A DNA stretch of 64,000 nucleotides from positions 1 through 64,000 of the forward strand of contig MCFE01000229.1 of the NCBI GenBank assembly GCA_002104905.1. The letters run 5' to 3'. The position numbers and the translations under genes were made by a program. The notes beneath the pieces are model-generated. The model was not told where the DNA came from. It searched no databases and saw only the letters and a program-made list of their open reading frames with translations. This document shows, one piece after another, positions 24,398-38,500 of this stretch (positions are counted from its first letter, which is position 1; every line of letters begins with the position of its first letter). The DNA is from Basidiobolus meristosporus CBS 931.73. Taxonomy: Eukaryota; Fungi; Basidiobolomycota.

Positions 24398-27300
24398 CTA
24401 AAGTTGAGAGGGTTCTCCTGAATCTCTTTTCTTGTGATACCAATATCTTGATGGTTCAGTATTATCAGCAAGTCTTGCAAGCTTGAGTCTGTCCCTATGC
24501 ACTAAGTCTTCCCGGATATTGCCTTGTTTGTCCACCAGTTGGTAAGTTGCAAATGGACATTCTCTGATGATCTTGAATGGTCCTGTCCATTGTGGCTCAA
24601 ACTTCTTCCGAGTGTTGTTTCTTAGCAATACAAAGTTCCCAACTGTCAATGCTTCTGGTGCTATAGTCTTATCAAATCTCTGCTTCATCTTTTCTGCACT
24701 TTGAGATACTTTGGTCTGTGCCTCTTGACGTCTTTGTTCCAGTTGCTGGTGTCTACTTGGCTGACTGAGTTCATCTTCTAAGGTGTCTGTAAGCTTTGGT
24801 TGTGTGAGATCTCCTGGAATCCTTGGTTCACATCCATAAACTAAGTAAAATGGTGATTGCTGGGTGGTGTTGTGTACTCTGACTCTGCATGCAAAGAGTG
24901 CTTGATCTATATACTCATCCCATCTACTGACAACTCCATTTGCATACTTGGTCAGCATTTTTCCAAATAATCCATTAAACCGCTCAGTGACTCCATTAGT
25001 TCTGGGGTGATATGCCAAGGTTTTCAAGTGTCTGATCTGCTGCATTCCCAGGTAAGCCTCTAATGTCTTTGCCATAAAGTTTGCACCTCTATCGGATAAG
25101 ATCTCCACAGGGCATCCAAACTTCATCAGGATCTCATGGTAAATGAAACTTGCAACTTCTTGTTCACTGGCTATTGGTACGGCTTTAGCAACTGGCCATT
25201 TAGTGGCATGGTCAATAGCTACTAGGATCCAACGGTTACATTTCCTGGTAGTTGGCAGTCTTCCAATAAAGTCAATTCCCCATCTCTCAAATGGTCTGAC
25301 AGGCTCCAAAGGGAAGAGTTCGGCAATTCTTTGTGGCTGGCCTTGATTGATTTGGCAGTTTGGGCATGTTTTTACTAGCTTCTCAATGTCTTGTTTCATT
25401 CTGGGCCACCATGCTCTGGCTTTTACAAGGCTATAGGTTCCTTCAATCCCAAGATGTCCATATCCATTGTGTAGCTTATGTATTAAATCCAGGCGAGCAA
25501 CATAAGGACAATAGGCAATAGGGCTTCCATCAACAATTTGGTAGAGTGTTTCATTCTGTACAACAAATTTGCTGGCCTCATCACGGATTATCTTCTTGAT
25601 ATCTTCATCCACCTCATTAGGAATGGCTTGGTCCTCCAAGTACTTTGGTAATAGGCTAGGCCAATCTGATTCATGCACCAAGTTGAGTTGTGCAACTTGA
25701 TCTAATCTTGATAAGGCATCAGCAACCGTGTTGTTTTTTCCAGGACAGTAGACAATCTCCAGGTCAAATTGCTGAATGTATTCACTCCATCTTGTCATTC
25801 TTCTAGAGAGTACCTTCTGAGTAAATATATACTTGAGGGAGGCATGATCAGTCTTCACAGTGCATTTGACTCCTTCAATATAGCATCTCCATGTCTTCAA
25901 ACAGTGTATTATAGCAAGCATCTCCTTCTCATGAACTGGATAGTTTTGTTCTGCTGAGTTCAGTTTCTTGGATTCAAAGGCAACAGGGTAGTCCTTTCCC
26001 TCGTGTTCTTGGCTCAGCACTCCACCAATTGCATAATCTGAAGCATCTGTGCACAGAGTGAACTCTTTTCTGAAGTCTGGTATTCTTAAGCTTGGCAGCT
26101 TAGCAAGTTCATTCTTTAGTGTCTGGAAGGCAGTCTCACAAGCTATGTCCCACTTGTAGGTATTGTCTTTCTTGAGGATATCAGTTAAAGGGGCTGCAAT
26201 ACTTGCAAATGACTTGACAAATCTCCGATAATAGGAAACCATTCCAAGGAAGGATCTGAGTTCTGATATGCTATGGGGCTGCTTCAAATTCTTGATTACT
26301 TCCACCTTCTTGGGGTCTAAGGTTACTCCTGTGCTAGTCACTATGTGTCCCAGATATTCTACGTGTTCCTTGAAGAATTCACACTTGGCTAGCTTGCCGT
26401 ATAGCTTGTTCTCTCTTAGTTTCTTCAAGACCTTTTCAATGTGCACCATGTGATCCTTTTCTGTCTTGCTGTATATCAATATGTCATCCAGGTAGATTAT
26501 CACAAACTTGTCTAAGTACTCCTGAAAGACAGTCTGCATCAGCGTCATGAATGTTGCAGGGGCATTAGTGAGGCCAAAACTCATGACTAAGTACTCGTAA
26601 TGTCCATATCTGGTCCTGAATGCTGTCTTAGGGATATCTTCTGGTTTCACCCTAATCTGGTTGTATCCTGACATGAGGTCGATCTTGCTGAAAATAGTGG
26701 CTCCATTAAGTTGGTCCAAAAGCTCATCAATCCGAGGTATGGGGTACTTATTCTTGACGGTAACTGAGTTCAGGGCTCTGTAGTCAATGCACATCCTAAG
26801 TGTTCCATCCTTCTTTTTCACAAAAAGCACTGGTGCTCCCCAGGGTGACTTGCTGGGCCTGATGTATCCTTGCTCCAATAGCTGATCAATTTGTCTCTTC
26901 ATTTCCTCCAATTCCAATGGACTCATTCTGTAAGGTGTCTTGCTTACTGGAGGGCTATCTCCTGTGTCAATGGCATGATCCACGTCTCTGACTGGTGGTA
27001 GGCTTACAAGCTCATCTGGAAACACGTCTGAATATTTCTTCAAGAGAGTCTGGACCTGCTGGGGTGCTGGGATAGAGGAATCCTCCTGTAATACCGCCAT
27101 GAGGAACATCTGGGTACCTTTTTTAAGTGCTCTACAGAACTGGGTCTTGCTAAGTTCACTTGTCTCACACACACTGGAATTGACCAAGTTGAAATCCAGC
27201 CTGGCAGGTAATAGCTCATAGGTCTTGTTGTCTTTTTGGATCTGAGTAGCATGGGTTCTCCAGTTGATTGATGGATTACGACAAAATAGCCAGGTTTTCC

Positions 27301-28531
27301 CAAGTACAAGGTCAAACTTGCAGTTCCCAAATATATAAGCCTGTAGGTCTTCTTCATAGTCATTGATCTTCATTCTTACTGGCTGGGTAATACGGTTGAT
27401 TATGTGGGAGTTCCCATCAGCTGTGGAGACTGAAGTTGATTTGGTAGGTTCCGAGTTGATTCCAGCTTTCAAAGCAAATTGCTCTGACATGTACTCATGC
27501 GATGCTCCTGAGTCAATCATGATCTTGGCAGGTACTCCATTGATTGCTCCATTCAGGTACAATAACTTCCCTGAGTTTGAAGTCATTTGGGACAAGTACT
27601 CTTCTGTCATATGGAAGGTGAGTTCCGAGTCTTCTTCAAGCTCATCTTCCTCATTATTGTGTTCATGGGACTCAATATGGTTGAAGGTTCTTGTTGGCTG
27701 GTGTCCATTTCTTCTCTGAGGGCAGTACTTTGCAATATGTCCCTGCTGGTGGCAATTGAAGCAAAGTCCTCTCTTCTTGCATTCTTCTGAGGAGGGATTC
27801 TTCTGCATAGCGTCTATTTCCATTGGTACTGCTTCTGATTGTCTTCTTTCATAATGATTATAGCCTTTCTGACTAGTCACTGTAGGCTTCCCAACTCCAA
27901 ACATAGCTGAGTCATAGTCAATGGCAATCTTGATGGCTTCTTCAATAGTCTGAGGTCTTCGGTAATTGACTTCCTTGCGAGTTCTTTCTTTCAACCCATC
28001 AATAAAGTATTCAACTTGATCCAAGGGGTCCATTCTTTCAATTTGTCCAAGTAGACATCTGTACTCATAGATGTATTCTTGCACCATTCCTTTCTGTCTG
28101 AGTGTCTTTAACTTCCTTCTTAGTAGTGTCTGCTGGTGTGGAGGTTCAAAAGCATCCTGAATTTCCGACACAAACTCATCCCAGGTAGAGATTGTAGAGC
28201 ATCCCATCATAGTAGCTGACCTGATCTTGTTGTGGTACCACTGTAAAGCTGCATCTGCCAGGTAAGAAGCTGCATAATGCAACTTGCTCTCTGGAGCAAT
28301 TCCTTTAGCTTTAAAAGCTTCTTCAATCTGAAAGAGCCAAGTTCCCAGGTTTTCATTGACTCTGCCATGGTACCGGTTGACCTTCACACTAAAGTTGCTC
28401 TTGACAGGGCTTTGCTGGCTCTGAGCCATGGTAGTCATTCCTTGTTGCTGTTGGCTGAGGATCTGGAGTAGCTGTTGCTGTTGGGCCAGGATTTGCTGCA
28501 TGGCATTCTTCCATTCTTGATTGTCCGACAT
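24398..28531 (-). CDS. Gag-Pol polyprotein, 1377 aa (capsid, CCHC knuckle, aspartic protease, RT, RNase H, integrase with GPF motif, no chromodomain)
   Basis: Single uninterrupted ORF: [72 protein letters not shown]. Confidence 0.97.
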   Translation of the reverse strand: MSDNQEWKNAMQQILAQQQQLLQILSQQQQGMTTMAQSQQSPVKSNFSVKVNRYHGRVNENLGTWLFQIEEAFKAKGIAPESKLHYAASYLADAALQWYHNKIRSATMMGCSTISTWDEFVSEIQDAFEPPHQQTLLRRKLKTLRQKGMVQEYIYEYRCLLGQIERMDPLDQVEYFIDGLKERTRKEVNYRRPQTIEEAIKIAIDYDSAMFGVGKPTVTSQKGYNHYERRQSEAVPMEIDAMQKNPSSEECKKRGLCFNCHQQGHIAKYCPQRRNGHQPTRTFNHIESHEHNNEEDELEEDSELTFHMTEEYLSQMTSNSGKLLYLNGAINGVPAKIMIDSGASHEYMSEQFALKAGINSEPTKSTSVSTADGNSHIINRITQPVRMKINDYEEDLQAYIFGNCKFDLVLGKTWLFCRNPSINWRTHATQIQKDNKTYELLPARLDFNLVNSSVCETSELSKTQFCRALKKGTQMFLMAVLQEDSSIPAPQQVQTLLKKYSDVFPDELVSLPPVRDVDHAIDTGDSPPVSKTPYRMSPLELEEMKRQIDQLLEQGYIRPSKSPWGAPVLFVKKKDGTLRMCIDYRALNSVTVKNKYPIPRIDELLDQLNGATIFSKIDLMSGYNQIRVKPEDIPKTAFRTRYGHYEYLVMSFGLTNAPATFMTLMQTVFQEYLDKFVIIYLDDILIYSKTEKDHMVHIEKVLKKLRENKLYGKLAKCEFFKEHVEYLGHIVTSTGVTLDPKKVEVIKNLKQPHSISELRSFLGMVSYYRRFVKSFASIAAPLTDILKKDNTYKWDIACETAFQTLKNELAKLPSLRIPDFRKEFTLCTDASDYAIGGVLSQEHEGKDYPVAFESKKLNSAEQNYPVHEKEMLAIIHCLKTWRCYIEGVKCTVKTDHASLKYIFTQKVLSRRMTRWSEYIQQFDLEIVYCPGKNNTVADALSRLDQVAQLNLVHESDWPSLLPKYLEDQAIPNEVDEDIKKIIRDEASKFVVQNETLYQIVDGSPIAYCPYVARLDLIHKLHNGYGHLGIEGTYSLVKARAWWPRMKQDIEKLVKTCPNCQINQGQPQRIAELFPLEPVRPFERWGIDFIGRLPTTRKCNRWILVAIDHATKWPVAKAVPIASEQEVASFIYHEILMKFGCPVEILSDRGANFMAKTLEAYLGMQQIRHLKTLAYHPRTNGVTERFNGLFGKMLTKYANGVVSRWDEYIDQALFACRVRVHNTTQQSPFYLVYGCEPRIPGDLTQPKLTDTLEDELSQPSRHQQLEQRRQEAQTKVSQSAEKMKQRFDKTIAPEALTVGNFVLLRNNTRKKFEPQWTGPFKIIRECPFATYQLVDKQGNIREDLVHRDRLKLARLADNTEPSRYWYHKKRDSGEPSQL

Positions 28532-28577
28532 CTTGAGGGTGGTTTCTTCTTTCTTCAGGAGGGAGGTTTCTGGTTAT

Positions 28578-28588
28578 CGCTGCTACCA
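28578..28588 (-). promoter_or_regulatory. Primer-binding site, tRNA-iMet 3' end type
   Basis: TGGTAGCAGCG, 1 nt after the 5' LTR. It is complementary to CCA, A73, U72 and onward, consistent with the A1:U72 initiator tRNA acceptor stem. Confidence 0.75.
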
Positions 28589-31500
28589 ATGTTACAAGTC
28601 TTGGTATAAGAGTTGTAGAGGAATAGGGAGTTTAGCTAGTATTGTATTCACTAAAACTTGAACTGATTTTTATTGAGGTTCCAGCAGCTCCTTATATACA
28701 TTTTGCCAGATCAATTGCTGACTAATTGTATTTCCTAATGTAGGTTGTGGCTGATGACTCATTTGATTGCATCATCATCACCCAATAAGATCCTACTTAA
28801 TATATCTATTTCTGTCTGATAAGGATCTGCTGATTCATTTGCTGACTAATGCTACTGATTTCATAGATAATACTGATGTACTGATAACCTAAACATATAC
28901 TAACTGATTTGACTAAAAACTGATCTAACTTAAACATTCAAGCGGCAGATCATAACATTGCCAACCTCTACAAATGCACACACCTGTCACAATTGACATA
29001 CTTGTATCATCCCAGCTTACAGCTTTGTAGTACGGCACTTGCAAAGTTGCTTTACATCATGTATTGGTGGAAAAATATATATCTTGCAAACATATGCTTG
29101 GTTGCTGCCACTTCTGCCATGAATACCTCCTGTATATCCACAAGGAGCTTGTTGGTATTCAGCCAATATATTCCTTCTCCTGGCTGGATTCAAGTCCCCC
29201 TGGTAGGTGCACTCTGTCTTTTGTTTGTATGAATTCTGTATTGAATGGTGTAGAAGTTGGCTTGTGACCAAGGAAATATGGCATACCTTGGCAGAGTTTT
29301 CCTAATAAAAATTAGTTGCTTGATGCACCCAGCCCAACTTTGCATTACGTAACCAAATACCCATGCATTGGGGCTGCTTAACTTTTTAATGACATAGGAA
29401 TAGGTGTCTCCATGTGCACATTTGTACTCAGTATTTTCCATCTCTTCCTGGCTGTCCTCCATGTGCCAACTAATTGCACCCATGATGGACTTGAAGGCAA
29501 TATTTGTGAAGAGATTGGGATGTGGTAGCACCTGCAACTTGACTTGTCCTCCTATCCCCCCATACATATGCTCCATAGGAAACTCCCCAAAGGCACACCA
29601 AGGCCAAATATTCTCCACACACCATGCAAGAAGGAGTACAGAATGGATACAGTAGCAGCAGAAATCTACACATTCAGCTTTATGTTTGTAGTATAGCCGC
29701 TCAATTCCTGTCACAAACTCCTTGCACAACAGCTGTAGTAGCATAAGGTTGACATTGGCGATCCGCTTCTGGATAAATATTCTTATAATGTCCACATATG
29801 ACTCCCAATGCTTCCAATTTATTCTTTGTAGGAGTGGCTTCAGAACACCACTTGAACAAATTCATATCCACTTCATCCAGTGTTGCATTTGTATTGTTGC
29901 TGATTCGAATTAGTACTAATTGGAGGCCATGAGGAGTACCTAGGGTAGCAGATACTCTGTAATCTCTTGCAAATTCTTTAAAGTTACTCTGGTATCTCAA
30001 AGGGCTCATTTAGCCTGATTTGCCCCATATACAACTTGGACAATAGTATAGGGATATTGTTGGAAGCAAATGCATTACTCCAAGTGGAAAGCTTTTGCTC
30101 TAACAGATACCCTTTATCTTAAGTATCTCTGGTTTCCAATTGATTCCATATTTTGGCCAATAGCTTATAGCTTGTCAACTTTGCTGCAATTGCATGCTGA
30201 CTTCTGTACCTTCTCTCTGTGAAATGATGATGTTCTTAGTGCTGGTGGTTGAGTAATAATAGTGTGTGTGAGTTATGGAGTAAATCCCCTGGATCTCACA
30301 CATTTAACAGCAATACCATCCATTGTGCCTGTATAAACCTGTCTCTGGCTGATGGTGGGGGTATAATTATATGCGCTGTTACAGGACAGCCATTTACTGT
30401 AATCCCACAGAAAAGCATACAAAGCTCATCCAGAAATGGATATAGGTAGCTATCCATGTTAGATGGTGATTTAGGCCCATATACCAGTGAGACTACCATC
30501 AGATTATTACTTGGATACTGTAAAATGGGCAGCATATTTAAATAGATAGAATCAGCGGCCAGCTGGATTTGCTAGTATAGTACTTGTTTAATGAGAATCC
30601 ATCAAGTGCCAAGGCAAAGGCATGGTCACACTTACCTTCAAGGAAGCCCTTTCTTCTGAGCTGTTTGTAATGTTTGGCATCAAACACATTGGATATATTT
30701 GTGCTTGATTGATGCTGAGTGCAGTACTGCATAGCTTTGCAATATTTGTTGGACTGCATCAGCTTCCTTAGACAGGGTAGTACTGGAATATATCCGGAAG
30801 TGAGCAATATTCTCCCTCAATAGTGGTGGATTCCTGACAATTTAGACACATTGCAATGGTAGCATTTTTGGATGTGAGTGCCTTGCAACTGCTAACACAT
30901 GCTGGAATCAGGACACTCTCTGAATCATATGTTGTGAGCCACATGATGGTTGTCCACTTGTACCATGTACATGGTAAGTTGCATCCTGGTATGATTTTGG
31001 CAAGAGTAGTATTAAATCCTCAAAGCCCCCCTTACTGATATTAGTGGAAATGTGCCACTTCTCTATCCACAACATTATATTATTCACCAGTAGATGAATT
31101 ACTGGACTCACTTGGCTCCATAAAGTATTCTTGGCATTTGTTTCAATGGGTGATATCTCATTACATATAGGGGTTTAACCAGGCCCATACATAGTACTAT
31201 TGTTATACTAGATAGGCACAAAAAACATCAGTGAGCCCTCTTTGTCAGAGCTATCACTCTGTGTGCTGTACCCACAAGGCTGAGGTGAGCCTAAAGGTGT
31301 CACAAACTCACTTGACTCAGTTTGCACAAGGTGACAAAAATGGCCATGTACCAATAAAGGAGTATCAACTAGCAGGCAAAATAATGTTGTTACACAAATG
31401 ACTGATCAATGGTCAAATATGACATATGTGGCAAAACACTAGCCATGATCCTTGTAAACTTCCTATGATTTCTGAGTGCTTCATGGCCAAGAGGCTTACC

Positions 31501-33059
31501 ACAATAGCCACATGGTCATTTTTCTCCTCTCTTGTGGTGGCTGGCTTGTATTTGAGACATTACACCTACACAAATGTAAGATTCAATGACAACCTGCCAT
31601 AGTTAGCAATATAAATAAAGTTGTGGCACCACATATGCACTTATATGTAACACTATTTCCCCTTTGGCTTGACTCACTTCCATATATAGGCTGCCAAAAA
31701 ATAAAGCAAAGCTATCTGGTTCCCAACCAAACCCACTGCTGATGGCAGCAGAAGAACAGTTGAAGCTTGCTTTGACATTCAGTGCATCAAGCAAGGCTAC
31801 ATCTAAAAAAGCCATGTTAACAGCATGCCCACTGAAGGTAATAACAACTACTGTTGAGAACTTGAAACAAGTAGAAAAGAAACATTAGGTTACCACAAGA
31901 GTGCCAGCAATGGACAAGCAGGCCAAAACACATGCGTCTGAGCAGAATTTATCAAGGAGAAAACATAGTTCATTAAAAGAAGCACTTGGACAAAGTAGCG
32001 GTGAAGGACCTGGCAGTGATAAAGCAAAACATAAAGGGAAAAATGTCTACCCAAGCCCTGGACAGGGAGGCATGCAAAAAAAATTGCAGTTCTTGCCAAT
32101 TAATGCTGCAAGCCAGAAACAGACAGAAGCATATCATAGCCAAGAGGAAGCACCAGCAAGAAACAGCTGCTTTGACAAGAGCTGGAAGTGCAGCCAGTTG
32201 AGCTACACTCCAGCAAGATAAGTGAGTTTGCAGAAAAAGGCAACTTGTCTACCACAGCCTCCACATCCTCCGTTGTTGACAGAGTGACAATCCCACTGAG
32301 AGACATGGCTACAACATCAAAAACTCAAAAGACTATCATGCTGCCTTCAATGGAATATTGGAACGTTAATAGGTGCACCAAGAGGTTACAACAAATCTTC
32401 AAGAGCAAGGCTCAAGAATATGCACTTGAATATTGCAAGGATTTATTACAAAGACTGACAGATTAGGTGCAAGACCTTGCAGTCCCAGCTGAAGGCCAGG
32501 ACATGTAGGAACCAGTGAATGAACAGTGGCATAAAGCCATTGGGTTCCTGCCAAAGTGGTGGAACTGGAGCGTTAGAACAAAAATACTTATTGAGTAAAG
32601 AATTTTAGTGGAGTTGCTTGTTGAGTATGGGGTTGGGTTTAATGTTAGTGTAGGGTATAGGGGTTTGTATAAGTCAATACAATTGGCAATTGAGGTACAA
32701 CTGAAGTTTCAACAGAAATAGTTCAATTTGTACACATGAAAAGTTAGAGAAACTATTGAGTCAGTAAGTAAGGAGTGTGAAAAAGAGGCAATAGCCAATC
32801 AATGCCCACAAACATAGGCAGTGATAGAGTGTCTGGGCTCAGAAAGTGAGCAAACTGGCAGGGAACCAATCAAAAGCCACTTATATAGTGTTGTGATGAA
32901 AAATTTTGACTACATTTTTTGTGAAATCTGGGTTGCAATTATTTTTTAACAGTCTCTGCACAGCATCTTGACAGGATCAGTACCTCTTAGTCATGGGACT
33001 TTTACTTGGTGACGGCCTTTTGATGGATCATTACTATAATTCTTCATAAGGATAACCTT

Positions 33060-35541
33060 TTGAATTCTTGGTATTTTTACTTTGTCTGTCAGTGGGATCT
33101 CAACTCTGTCAACAATGGAGAATGAGGAGGCTACAGTGGACCAACTGCCTTTCTCTGCAAATTCAACTACCTCACTGGAGTATAGCTCAACTGTCTTTGC
33201 TTCCAATTCTTGTGAAAACAGCTGCTTTCTTGTTAGTAATTTGTCTTGGCTATGATATGCTTCAGTCTGTTCTGGGCTTACTGCATTAATTGGCAAACAC
33301 TGCAGCTTTTTTCCTACACTTCCTTGTCTCTGGCTTGGGTAGACTCTTTGCCCTTTACCTTTTCCTTTATCACTGCCAGGTCTTTCACTGCTACTTTGTC
33401 TAAGTGCTTCCTGTTTTGAACTATGTGTTCTCCTTGATAAATGTGGCACTGATGCATCTGTTTTAGCCTGCTTGTCTCTGACTGGCACTCTGTAGGCAAC
33501 CAGGCACTTCTTCCCCCCTTGCTTCAAGCTCTCTACCAATGTGTGACTGGCTCCTGCTACTTTTTTTATCACTGCCAGGTCCTTCACTGTATTCTTTAAA
33601 AGCTGCTGGTTTTTATCACTGCCAGGTTGTTCACTGCTACTGTGACTAAGTGCTTCTTGAGTGAACTACACTTTTTCTTTGATAAATGCTGCACTGGTGC
33701 ATCTGTGTCTGCCTGCTTTTCCCTCATTGGCACTCTTCAAGCTACTGGATGTCTCATTGACCCCTTGTTTAGAGTTTTTGGTACTGCTTGTGACAGACTT
33801 TTGAGGAAGCTGCTGGTTCTTAGCCACACCATCCTTTTTCTTCTGCCTTTGATAGTTTCCACTATTCTTGTGAGGCATCTTTAGCAAACAAAGGCTAGCC
33901 CAGAGCCAGTTTGCTTGTTTGAATCCAGGATAATGCTCATGGAACAGGTCAAGTGCATTCTGCTTGGACATGAGTTCCTGATGGTCCCATGGTATGCCAG
34001 CCTTAAGGTGTTGGCATGCTAGACTTATCAAGGCCTCCTGAGTATTGGCCTACTCTTCTTCATTGCACTCCATGGCTTTACGGATATTAAATATCTTTTG
34101 GTTTTTAGGCTTTTTTATGAACACTGTATATTTTAACTTCCATGCTGTGATGGGTTTTTCTGTGGACTTTACCATTGGGCACTGTAGTAGTGCTTCAGAT
34201 ACTATACAGTGTTTCTTTGCTGTTACATTGGGAAATGGCTTAATTCCTGGTTGCAACATGGAGCTACATGAGTTCCTTCTTTGCAGCAAAGATCCCACCT
34301 TCTTTACCTGGGATACTGATTGCTCTGCCCCTTTTATTTGCTCATCCTGCTTCTGGACTATTTGTTGATTTCTCTGGGCCATTACATCTATCCTATCAGC
34401 CACTGCACCTAATTGTCTCATTTGTGCCTTGGTATGAGCTGACCACACACTTGTTAATATAGGTGGTGGAGATTTTATGATAGCTACTTGCCGGTCTTCA
34501 GCTGAAGGTACTGCTTTTTCTACATTCTCCTCTGCCACAGCATTAGAGTCAGCTTGTAGCTCTGCAGAAATTCCTAATTGCCTACTTGACTGAGAGCCTG
34601 AGCAGTCTGTATTATTACCATTGGGGGCACACTCTCCACAGGGCCTTTTTTAGTTGTAGCCCTACTTGTTGCGCTGAATGTCAAAGCAAGCTGTTGCCAA
34701 CTGTTCTTCTGCAGCTGTCAGCAGTGGGGCTTTCTTAAGAGCCAGATAACTTTGCTTTATTTTCTGGCAGCATATATATAGAAGTGAGGCAAACCTTAGC
34801 AGAAGTGGTGTTATAAATACCTGTGTATGTTGTGTCACAACTTTACTCATAATGCTTACTATGGTGGGTCATCATTGAATCTTACATTCTTGTAGGTGCA
34901 ATGTCTAAGATACACTAATGTTGTATACTCACATGAGTATTGAGAAAAAAATGAGATAATAGCATTATGTTGTTGAATATCAAGCTATTTGCCCCCTGCA
35001 AAAGACTTCTTTGATTCAATGCTGTGAGAGAAGAGAAAAAAGACCATGTGGCTATTGTAGCCAGCCTCTCAGCCATGAAGCACACAAACAGCCAGGAAGT
35101 ATTATAAAGAGCATGGTCAGTATTTTGCCACACAAGTCACATTTGGCCATTCACCAGTCACTACTGCATTAACAATATCTTGCCAGCCACTTGATACTTC
35201 AATAACGGCCCCTGTGTGTACTTGTCACCTTGCGCAAACTGATTCAGGTAAGTTTGTTACGCCTTTAGGCTCACTCCAACCTTCTGAATATGGTATGCAT
35301 AGTGATAGCTCTGAAGAAGCAGGATCACTGATGGATTATGAGCCTATCTTTCCTAACAGCAGTACCCTGCATGAGCCCAGCAAAATCTCATTATGCAATG
35401 AGACTGCACCTGTGGAAAAAATGCCAAGGATACTCTATGGAGTTAAGTGGCCCTGGTGATCCATCTACTGGTGGATGATGTGATGTTGTGGCTAGAGAAG
35501 TGGCACATTTCCATTGATACTAGTAATGGGGCCTTTGTGGA
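33060..35541. mobile_element. CMC/EnSpm-like transposon, copy f (ORF2 on -, transposase start on +)
   Basis: ORFs 34050-34538, 33666-34031 and 32991-33587 give the longest view of ORF2. ORFs at 35214-35541 match the transposase N-terminus. Interrupted by copy g. Confidence 0.7.
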
Positions 35542-38500
35542 CCCTATGAGGAATAATTTGGTCCTGCAGGTGGATCCAATCCAGATCAGCCATCATGATC
35601 CTGCTTGGAGATCATATTACCAGCAGCTTGGAATTAGTGACCCTCTTGACAATCTTATGACAGGATCACAATTGTGCTTTAAAAATTTGACTGCTGAATC
35701 AACTAATAAAACTTGATGAGATTTGATTGGTGCTGTGAAAATGATTGCATGGCATTCTTGCAGTCTTGATGTGCTCTACAGCTGTTTTGAATTGATCTAA
35801 CAGGGCATTACATCCAATTGCCTTATATGGCAACAAGCTTGATGGTATTCTGGAGGTCTCACAGTGAGTCTCTGATGGCATCATCATGGCAGTATGGTGG
35901 CCTACAGCTAGTGTGTGTAATGCTACCATACTAATTTACCAAATGGTAGTTCCTTTTTCTACCTCCTCTTGGGCAATCCATATTCCACTGTAGAATCACC
36001 CCTCTTTATTTGCTTACCCCCTACTCCCTTGGGTATTTCACATATAGTTTAAATCAAAAAAGCAGTGGCCTCTGGCTTAGTTGCCACTACAAACAAGCAC
36101 ACATGCCGCAATTGGCATATTTCTATCACCTCAATTTTAAGGCTTTTTAGTGTGATACCTGCAAAGTTGCCATATACCTTGTATTGCTGATAATATATCC
36201 TTCTTGCTAACATTTGCTTGGTTGCCACTACTTCTGCCACAAATACTTCCTCAACATCCGCAAAGAACATTTTGGCATTTAGCCAATATATTCCTGCTTC
36301 CTGCTGAATTCTAGTCCCCCTTATAGGTGCGCTCTGGCTCTTGCTTGTGTGAAATCTGTATTGAATGGTATAGAAGTTGTCTTGTGACAAAGTGAAGTCT
36401 GGCATACCTTGGTAGAGTTTTTTAATGAAAATGAGTTGCCTGTTGTACCCAACCTAACCTTGCATGATCTAACTGATTATCCATGCATTAGGGCTGCTTA
36501 GCTTCTTAATGCCATAGGTATAGGTGTCCCCATATGCATATCTGTCCTTAGTATTTTCCAACTCTTCCTGGATGTCCTTCATGTGCTAACAAATTGCACT
36601 CATGATGGACTTGAAGGTAATATTCTTGAAGAGATTGGGTTATGGTAGTACTTGCAACTTGACATGTCTTCCTATCCCCACACACATCTGTTCCATAGGA
36701 AATTCCCATAAGGTGAAGCAAGGCCCAGTATTCTTCACACACCTAGCAATATGGAGTAGAGATACAGTAGCAGCAGAGATCTACACATTCAGTTTTATGT
36801 TTGTAGTATAGCTGCTCAAGTCCCATCACAAACTCCATGCATATAAGCTGTAGAAGCATAAAGTTGGCATAGGTGATCTGCTTCTGGATAAATATTCTTA
36901 CAATGTCCACATATGACACCCAATGCTTCCAATATACTCCTGGTTGGAATGGCTTCAGAATGCCACTTGACTTAATACATAAACAGTCTATCCAGTCCAT
37001 CCAGTCTTTATATTTGTAGTGTTGCATATGAGTATGAATATTGATTGGGGCCCATGAGAAGTACTTAGCGTAGTGAATACTTTGTAGTATCTTGCCAATT
37101 CTTTCAAATTTCTCCAGTATCTCAAAGGCCTCATTTAGCTTGAGATGCTCCATGAGCAACTTGGACATTAGTATAGGGATACTGTTGAAAAATAAATGAA
37201 CTGTTTCTAGCAGAAAGCTTTTGCACAAGCAGATACCCTCTACCTTGAGTATCTTGGGTTTACAATTGATTCCAAATTCTGGCTAATGGCTTATAGCTGG
37301 CTAACTTTGCTGCAATTGCATGCTGGCTTCTGTACATTCTCTCTGTGGTGGGATGATAGTCTCAGTATTGGTGTTTGGGTAATAATAGTGCTTGTGAGTT
37401 ATGGAGTAAATCCCCTGGATCTTACATATATGAGAGCAATAGCAATCATTGTGCCCAGAAAACTGGCTATCTTGCTGGTGGCTGGAGTGTCTCCAATGCA
37501 GATATTAATATGCCCTTTGAATTGACAACAATTTACCATTATCCTGCTGGAAGGCATACAAATTCATTCAGCAATGGATACAGGTTGCTATCCTGGTTGG
37601 ATGGTGATTTAGACCCTGATACCAGTGAAACTACTATCAGATTTCTGCACTGATACCATAAGATAAGTGGCAGATTCAGGTTGAAGAGAATCAGTGGCCA
37701 GCAGGATATGCTGGCAGAGTACTTGTTCAATGAGATTCCATCTAGTGCTAAGGCAAAGACATGGTCATACATTCCATTGAAGTAACCCTTGCTTCTTAGC
37801 TGTATTTAATGTTTGCCATCAGAAGCATTATATATGTTTGCACTCAATCAATACAGGGTGGGGTACTGTATCGCTTTGCAATATTTGTTAGATTGCACTA
37901 GCTTCTTTAGACAGGGTATTACTGGAATATATCTGGAGTGTGAAAAATGTTTTCCCTCATGGGTAATGGATTATTGGTAGTTTGGACATATTGCAATGGT
38001 GGCATTTTAGAATGTAAATGTTACGCAGCTGTTAACACATTGATGGAATCAGGACAGTCTCTAGGTCATATGTTGCCAGCTGCATGACAGTTCTCCGCTT
38101 GTACCATGTACATGGTAAGTTGCACCATGGAATGATTTTGGCAAGAAATAGTAATAAATCCTCAAAGCCCACATTTCTGATATTAGTAGTAGCAGACCGC
38201 TTCTCTAACTACAATACTACATCACTCACCAGTACATGGATTACTGGGCTCACTTGGTTCCAGAAAATATCCTTGGCAATTGTTTCTAAGGGTGTTATCT
38301 CATTGCACATTGGGATTTACCTGGGCTCATGCATGGTACTATTGTTGGGGGAGATAGGCTCACAATCCATCAGTGAGCCTTCTTTGTCAGAGCTATCACC
38401 CTGCATGCTGAATTCAGAAGTCTGGGGTGAGTCTAAAGGTGTTACAAACTCACCCAACTCAGTTTGTGCAAGGTGACAAAGATGCCAGGTGCCAATATAG

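Larger units (their letters stand above)
24020..28957 (-). mobile_element. Ty3/Gypsy family-1 retrotransposon, full length (4938 bp), apparently intact and very recent
   Basis: Two 368-bp LTRs (24020-24387, 28590-28957) with no difference visible by eye. TSD TTGC at 24016-24019 and 28958-28961. PBS TGGTAGCAGCG at 28588-28578. PPT AGTAGGGGAGAA adjoining 24387. Confidence 0.97.
23956..33051. mobile_element. CMC/EnSpm-like transposon, copy e (Tnp2/Transposase_21-like gene on -, ORF2 remnant on +); host of the intact Gypsy
   Basis: Fragments DHAFALALDGF..SWPLI and GPKSPSNMDSYLYPFLDEL. Sequence continuity across the Gypsy insertion matches 42560-42640. Ends CTTCATAAGG. Confidence 0.75.
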
